Of a stretch of 64,000 bases of DNA, positions 58,215 through 64,000 are shown piece by piece. Position 1 is the stretch's first letter. Each line of letters opens with the position of its first letter. This DNA is from Azolla caroliniana (Eukaryota; Plantae; Polypodiophyta): positions 16,988,001-17,052,000 of the forward strand of contig JBHGNT010000017.1 in the NCBI GenBank assembly GCA_043228905.1, given 5' to 3'. Made by a program: the position numbers and the translations under genes. Under the pieces are notes generated by a model that was given only the letters and a program-made list of their open reading frames with translations, was not told the DNA's origin and searched no databases.

Positions 58215-59285
58215 TGTCGTGTGAATCTTCTCACACTATGTAAAAATATAAATAATAAAATAAGTACTTTATATTAGCTTAATGGCATGTTATAGAAAGA
58301 TGGATGTTTGAGAATATAGGGAAAATAGAACTATGATTTATCTCACATAGATAGGAAACTTAAGGCCCTGGCTATATAAGCACTTTGAGACCCCTCATTT
58401 TCATTTGTGCTAAGAGCACTTTGGCCACTTTATCTTGATGGATAATGGTGGCCAAGTTCCCAAAAACTAGAAACCGGCTGGTAAGCGAAACCGGAACCCG
58501 CTTGTAAGCAAAACCAGAAACCAGCCGGTAACCAAAACCAAAACCGGCGGCGGAGCCGGTGAGGCGGCGGCAATCGGCGACTAGACGGAACCGGCGACTG
58601 GACGAGGCTGGACGCAAACCGAACGGATAACAGGATCATGTGGCTAATTAAAGTGAAGTGAAGAAAACTAAAGTAAAGGTCATGTAGATGGTTGCATGCA
58701 ACTAAAAGAAAAAGTTATGCAACTAAAAGTAGAGGCCATGTAACAAAAAGTGGAAAGGCTATGATCAATGGAGAACTCTATATATATTCCATTTTTTTTC
58801 CTACACTTACACTCTCTCTATTATTTTTCTTTTCCTTCTTAGCTCCCTTATATTATCAAAGCCATAACACTCAAAAACCCTAATTTTTCCTACGGAAGCC
58901 ATATCACTCATAAACCCTAATTTCCTTACGGAAGCCATAAACCCTAAATTTCCTTACGGAAGCCATAAACCCTAATTTTCCATACGAAAGCCATATCTCT
59001 CATAAACCCTAATTTCCTTACAGAAGCCAAAAACCCTAATTTTCCCTACGGAAGCCATATCTCTCAAACCCCTAAATTTTCTTTTCTATTAATCTCCATA
59101 AGCTAAAAATTTTGAATCCCAATCTTGGGACATATTGTAATTTCTTTTCCTTTGTTAATGAAAATTATTAAATTTCTTATTTCCGTTAATTGTTAAAAAT
59201 ATAAAAGCACGAATGTGATGTCCTCTGGTCGAAGGCCCCGAGGTCCTACCTCAAGTTCACATGTCCTCGTCATATTTTCGCGACA
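58215..59285 (+). mobile_element. Solo LTR related to the tRNA-Trp LTR at 10602-11883
   Basis: TGTCGTG...CGCGACA with a 4-bp TSD ACGT (58211-58214 and 59286-59289). Shares ATGCAACTAAAAG units with that LTR. Confidence 0.88.
58858..59080 (+). repeat. Tandem AAACCCTAATTTCCTTACGGAAGCCAT repeats
   Basis: About 7 units of 28-37 bp. Confidence 0.85.
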
Positions 59286-61768
59286 ACGTGCCACAAAGAA
59301 TGTGGGTTCAAGGGAAAAGACCAAGATACTCAAATATGCGATCGTGAAGAGACATGTGACAAAGAACGTGGGATGGAGTGGAAGGATCAAGACACTCAAG
59401 GATGCAATCTTGAAGAGAGATGTGACAAAGAACGTGGACTCAAGAGGGAAGATCGAGAAGGATGCGATAATGAAGAGACATGGAACGAAGAACATGTGTT
59501 TGAGGGGAAAGACCAAGATACTCAAGGATGCAGTCATGAAGAGACATGTGACAAAGAACGTGGGTTTGAGGAGAAAGATCAAGATCTACATGATTATGAC
59601 AAAGACAAAGATCATTACAAACTCACAAAGAGTGCTCGAGATCTACAAGGTTATGATCATGACAAAGATTACTACAAACACAAGAGGAGGAATCAATGTC
59701 AAGCTCTTCATGGTTGTACTAATGAAAAAGCACTCGACGAAAGTCACAATGAGTGTAGTTGGGATCAAGACTCTCATGGTTTAGATTTTGATGACAAGTA
59801 TGATAGGTTTAAGGAGAGCCACGAACAAGAGAAGAAGTTAGGAAGAGACAAAAACTTTACATTTAAACATAATGACGGTGAGAATAATAATGATACGCAT
59901 GATTTAGGGCTTGATGATAGTAAGGAAGAGTGTATTATTGAGGGTGAGAATGAGTGTCATGAGAAGAATGAGGGTTATGATGATAAAAAGATGTGCACTT
60001 TTTGTGGATATGGTTATGATAAGGGTAATGATGAGAGTGAGAGTGACGAAGAGGAATTGTGTGTTTTAGGTTGCATTGGGTTTCTTCGAGATAGATTTTA
60101 TAAGAGTTTCACTAGATCAAATGGTGACATTCATGAGGGCATCCATTATGAAAATAGAATAGGGGTTTGTGATGATGAGGACGTTTTACAAAAATATGTA
60201 TATGATGATGTGGGGTTACGTAATGATCACATGGGTATAAGTAAGGAAAATCTAGAAAATGTTATTTGGGACGTGTCTAATGATGATGCTGATGTTGTGA
60301 GTATGTGTGGGAAGGATAGGAGTAATATTGAGGATAATCTAGAAAATGCTATGATGGTTTGGGATGTGTATAATGATAATGTTGGTGTTGTGAGTGTGTG
60401 TGGGAAGGATGAGTTTAGGGTAGATGATATTGAATATGATGGTTATCTCGTGATAAATGATTTGGTGATTAAAGATATACTTAATTCAAAGGATGATGAT
60501 GATGTAAGTACAATTAACATTGAGGTTGGTATCGAAGAAGATGATATTGTGTTAAAATGGATGGTTATTACTTATAAAGAAGAAAGGAAAGAAGTGATTA
60601 TGAGGACTACCCATGGGAAGGAAAGGAAAGATGCATCAAGATGGTGGGATGTCCAACTAAACAGAGGAGGTTGTATTGCCAACATTTCCATCTCCCATCT
60701 CAAAGAAAAAGATTGGCTAATTAGAAGAAGCACTCCGTTTTTAGATTCGGTTCGACAAGACACATCAACTGTGCACCAAGAGGATCAAAGGAGGAGGTTG
60801 GGTATTGGTCTACAAACAGTTTTGGCAACCAACACAGGACGACAATAAAGTTCGCAAAAAGGTGGTTCGGATCATATGTGGAGCTAGACGGATCAAGGTT
60901 GGTCATACCCATTACAAGGAAAAGATGTTCCAGAAAAGACAAGTTGAGGGTCCCGAGCTCGATGACCTCACATGACCTCAACAATGAAGATAGTAAGGCG
61001 GAACCCACAAATGTAAGTGAGTTCAACAAGGACATGGAAGAATCTCACACTATAGCCGAAATCTCACACTCTTTTCTTAGCACATACCAGAGGACGTGCG
61101 GTTTGGTGGGGGTGGATGTCGTGAAGATTTTCGGCAACGGTGTGAAAATCGCGTGGAATCGAGAAGGTATAATGTGCACACGAATGAAAGGGGTGATGGT
61201 TACACTCATACGTTAGCATGTTGTAAATATAAATCTAATGAGAACACGTAAAACCTATTTGCATTTTCCAGCATACGAAAGAGTGCAAGTATTGAACCTT
61301 GCACCTCCAAGATAGAAGACAACTGACTTACCATTAGGCTAAGTTATTTCTTTAGATTATTTTTATGTTTTTCACGTATGAATGCTCATACATGAGAGCT
61401 TGGATGAGGTACATGGTCATCATGCATTACATGTGATGCATGAGCGCCAAATGGCAATCATGCATCGCATGCATTTCAATTTTCATTTCTCTCTCTCACA
61501 CACTCTCATTAGTGCGTTACTTTAGCTGCCTACACGTCAATCTGCCACACCGTTGAGTCGGGTTCGGGCGTGTCTTCAACAACAAAGGACGACTCGATGA
61601 TAAACCTAAATAGCCAATTCCTTACAAGCACAACTCACCTAATTTGTTCTCCCCAGTCAAAGACCTTGGTGGTCCCATTCGACCAACCTATAGGCGCGGA
61701 AATCCCATCACAATCCTCCATAACCACTGGCGGATACAGGACCGGTGCTTGTCCGCGCTTGTGACGCA

Positions 61769-64000
61769 TGTTAGGAAACAGGTTCCTCTGGATGGGAAGT
61801 GGGAAGACCCGGTGAGAACTAGATGTGGTGTACCCGGCAAGGAAGACCCAGTGAGAACCGGATGACGACTGCCCGACAAGATCTGGATGTTGCAGGCCCG
61901 GTGAGAACCTCTCACTGGATGAAGGGACATATATGCAAATATGTTCCAGAGAGCCCACCGGTGCTATATTTGTAAATAGCCGAAAAGTCATACTAGTATA
62001 AATATGACTTAGGGCAAACAGAGAGTGTAGTTGTCATTCTAGTTGGTTGCGATAATTTTGTGTGTAACTGTGTACAGAGATAGAGAGAGAGGAAGAGGTC
62101 GTTCCCTCTATTGTAACCGTAGCCTATGGCGAAGATAGGAAGCTCGAGGTCGTTGCCTCAGTGCTTTACTATTGTACATTGTGATATAGTGATAGTTTGC
62201 AGTCTGTGGGCTGTCGTGGTTTTTTCCCTAGTTTGGGGTTTTTCCACGTTAACATTCTGTGTACTCTTCTCTTCACTGTGTCATGCGTACCTTACCCATT
62301 TTCTATGTTTTGATCCTAGACTCGGTTGTGGCCGAGCGTTGTGTTTAGGAAGCATGTATTCTTGTCAAGTGGTATCAGAGCGAAACGACACAGAAAATGG
62401 ACAAATCGTTGGAAGTCGAAGATGAGGGACATGCTCGTGGTTAACGATCTTTGGTTGCCGGTTCAGTTCGGGGACAAGAGACCGGACAAAATCAACGCCA
62501 CGATATGGGAGGTGATGCACATGAAGACAACGGCTTACATACGGTGCTTCATCGACATGAGTCTATACAACAACTTCAATGAAGAGAGCAAGGTTCATGA
62601 GCTTTGGGAGAAGATCGACATTATGTTTCAAAACAAAAATGTTGTTAATCAGGTTTCGGTATTTCGGAAGCTAGTAAGACTCTGGTACCAAGATGGCTCC
62701 AGCATGGCGGAGCACATGGGAGACGTTGGTTGTCACTTTGGGCAACGCCAGGCCGGAAGGGAAACGGTTATCCCTAGCAAGAGTGAAGTCGAGCTTGCTA
62801 GATGAGGAGGCGCGTCGGAAAGATAAGGATACGAGCTCCGACTCCAAAGCGCTCATTACCAAATCGGAACGCGGAAGACAAAGGAACCGTAGTCCCCAGA
62901 ATCGGAAGAAGTCAGGGACACAGTCAAAGTCAAGGGGGAGGCCTACTTGCTTCTATTGCGGCAAGCTGGGACACTTCCAGAAGAACTGTCGGCACTTCCG
63001 AAAAGACAAGGAAACCGACGGTACCGATTTGAAGCGGACACCGGACTAGAACGGTAAAGACCAGAGGGGAATGGACCGGAAGGGAACGACGGCGATCACG
63101 GCAAGTGAAGAAGAGTCGGTGCTCATCACCGAGGAGAGTGAGTTGAACCTTGTCGGCGACGAGATGACCTGGGTGGTCGACTCCGGAGCGTTGTTCCACC
63201 TTACCCTAGACCGGAAATGCTTCTCATCCTACTCAACCGGTGATCACGGTTGTGTCTGGATGGGGAATGAAGGTACATGCCAAATTGTCGGCATAGGAGA
63301 CGTGTGGTTGACAACACCAACCGGATGCAAGCTGCTGTTGAAGGATGTTCGACACGTTCTGGAGGTTCGTCTGAACCTGATATCAGTCGGTCGGCTAGAT
63401 GATGAAGGCTACACAGGTAGCATCCGGAACGGTGTTATGAAGTTCGGCAAAGGGAGCCTGATCGTGGCTCGGGCCCGGAAGGTCAACACGTTGTACCTGA
63501 TGAATGCTCGGTTATGTCTAGAGGAAGTGAACGTGGCATCCGACACTGCCGGTGAGTTGTGGCACAAGAGGCTATGTCACATGAGCGAGAAGGGGATGAA
63601 GAGGCTTGCAGACGACAACCTCATTCCAGTGAAGAACGTGCACTTGGAGAAGTGCACTAATTGTCTAGCCGGTAAGCAAAACTGGATCTCCTTCCGACCA
63701 AGGCTACCAATGAGACGTAATGCACCACTGGAGTTGGTGCATACTGATGTGTGTCAAGTGGACACGAAGTCACATGCCAGATCGCAGTACTTCGTGACAT
63801 TCATTGATGACCACAGCTAGAAGCTGTGGGCCACACCGTTGAAGACGAAGGATTAGGTGTTATCCGTCTTCAAAGAACTCCACGCGAGAGTGGAAAGAGA
63901 AACCGGTCGAAAGCTGAAGGCGGTTCAAGCAAATAACGAAGGTGAATACCGGGGGCAATTCGAGGAGTACTGTCGCTCGAAGGGAATCCGGCTCGAATTT
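61769..64000 (+). mobile_element. 5' part of a Tork/Tnt1-like Copia element (same family as 1-1804)
   Basis: LTR at 61769-62367, PBS TGGTATCAGAGC at 62370-62381, then CFYCGKLGHFQKNC, WVVDSGA, LWHKRLCH and LVHTDV. Confidence 0.94.

Larger units (their letters stand above)
57671..60848 (+). pseudogene. Acidic, Cys-repeat ORF (~700 codons once the solo LTR is removed)
   Basis: The frame is continuous across the ACGT TSD. 20/21-aa repeats of the type GCDxEETCDKExG. A few in-frame stops. Confidence 0.6.
57430..61768 (+). mobile_element. Second non-autonomous tRNA-Trp LTR element
   Basis: Partial 5' LTR ending CGCGACA at 57637, PBS TGGTGAACCCAACGTGA at 57644-57660, PPT GTTTGGTGGGGGTGGA at 61101-61116, and a 3' LTR from 61117 cut by a Copia at 61769. 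Confidence 0.85.

Noticed and set aside
58858-59080. An interstitial telomere
   Set aside because: The AAACCCT motifs are single copies inside 28-37 bp units, not contiguous telomeric repeats.
1-64000. The two terminal Tork-like pieces as one element spanning the window
   Set aside because: The order is wrong (3' part first, 5' part last) and the LTRs differ in repeat number, so they are separate copies.

Overview
This window is eukaryotic, plant-type heterochromatin made almost entirely of nested LTR retrotransposons. The element mix suggests a non-seed land plant, which is an inference. No intact host gene is evident. Target-site duplications (TSDs) resolve one nest: a tRNA-Trp-primed Gypsy (from 19993) holds Copia B (22715-54447, TSD GTTTT). 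Copia B's 3' LTR holds Gypsy C (28056-54092, TSD TCCAG), whose extra ORF holds Gypsy D (29728-40266, TSD CCATT) and chromovirus E (40329-46008, TSD CTTGC). Copia A (4917-10555, TSD ATATC) sits in a non-autonomous tRNA-Trp element. Tork/Tnt1-like Copia fragments lie at both window ends. Positions ~12.8-19 kb hold a probable DNA-transposon relic with palindromic AGCTAATTAGCT arrays and a RING plus FCP1-like gene. The most unusual signal is in Gypsy C and D: neither has a polypurine tract (PPT). In its place each carries a second, opposite-strand tRNA-Arg-type primer-binding motif 2 nt from the 3' LTR, which suggests tRNA priming of both strands. All coordinates were read by eye and no database searches were run.
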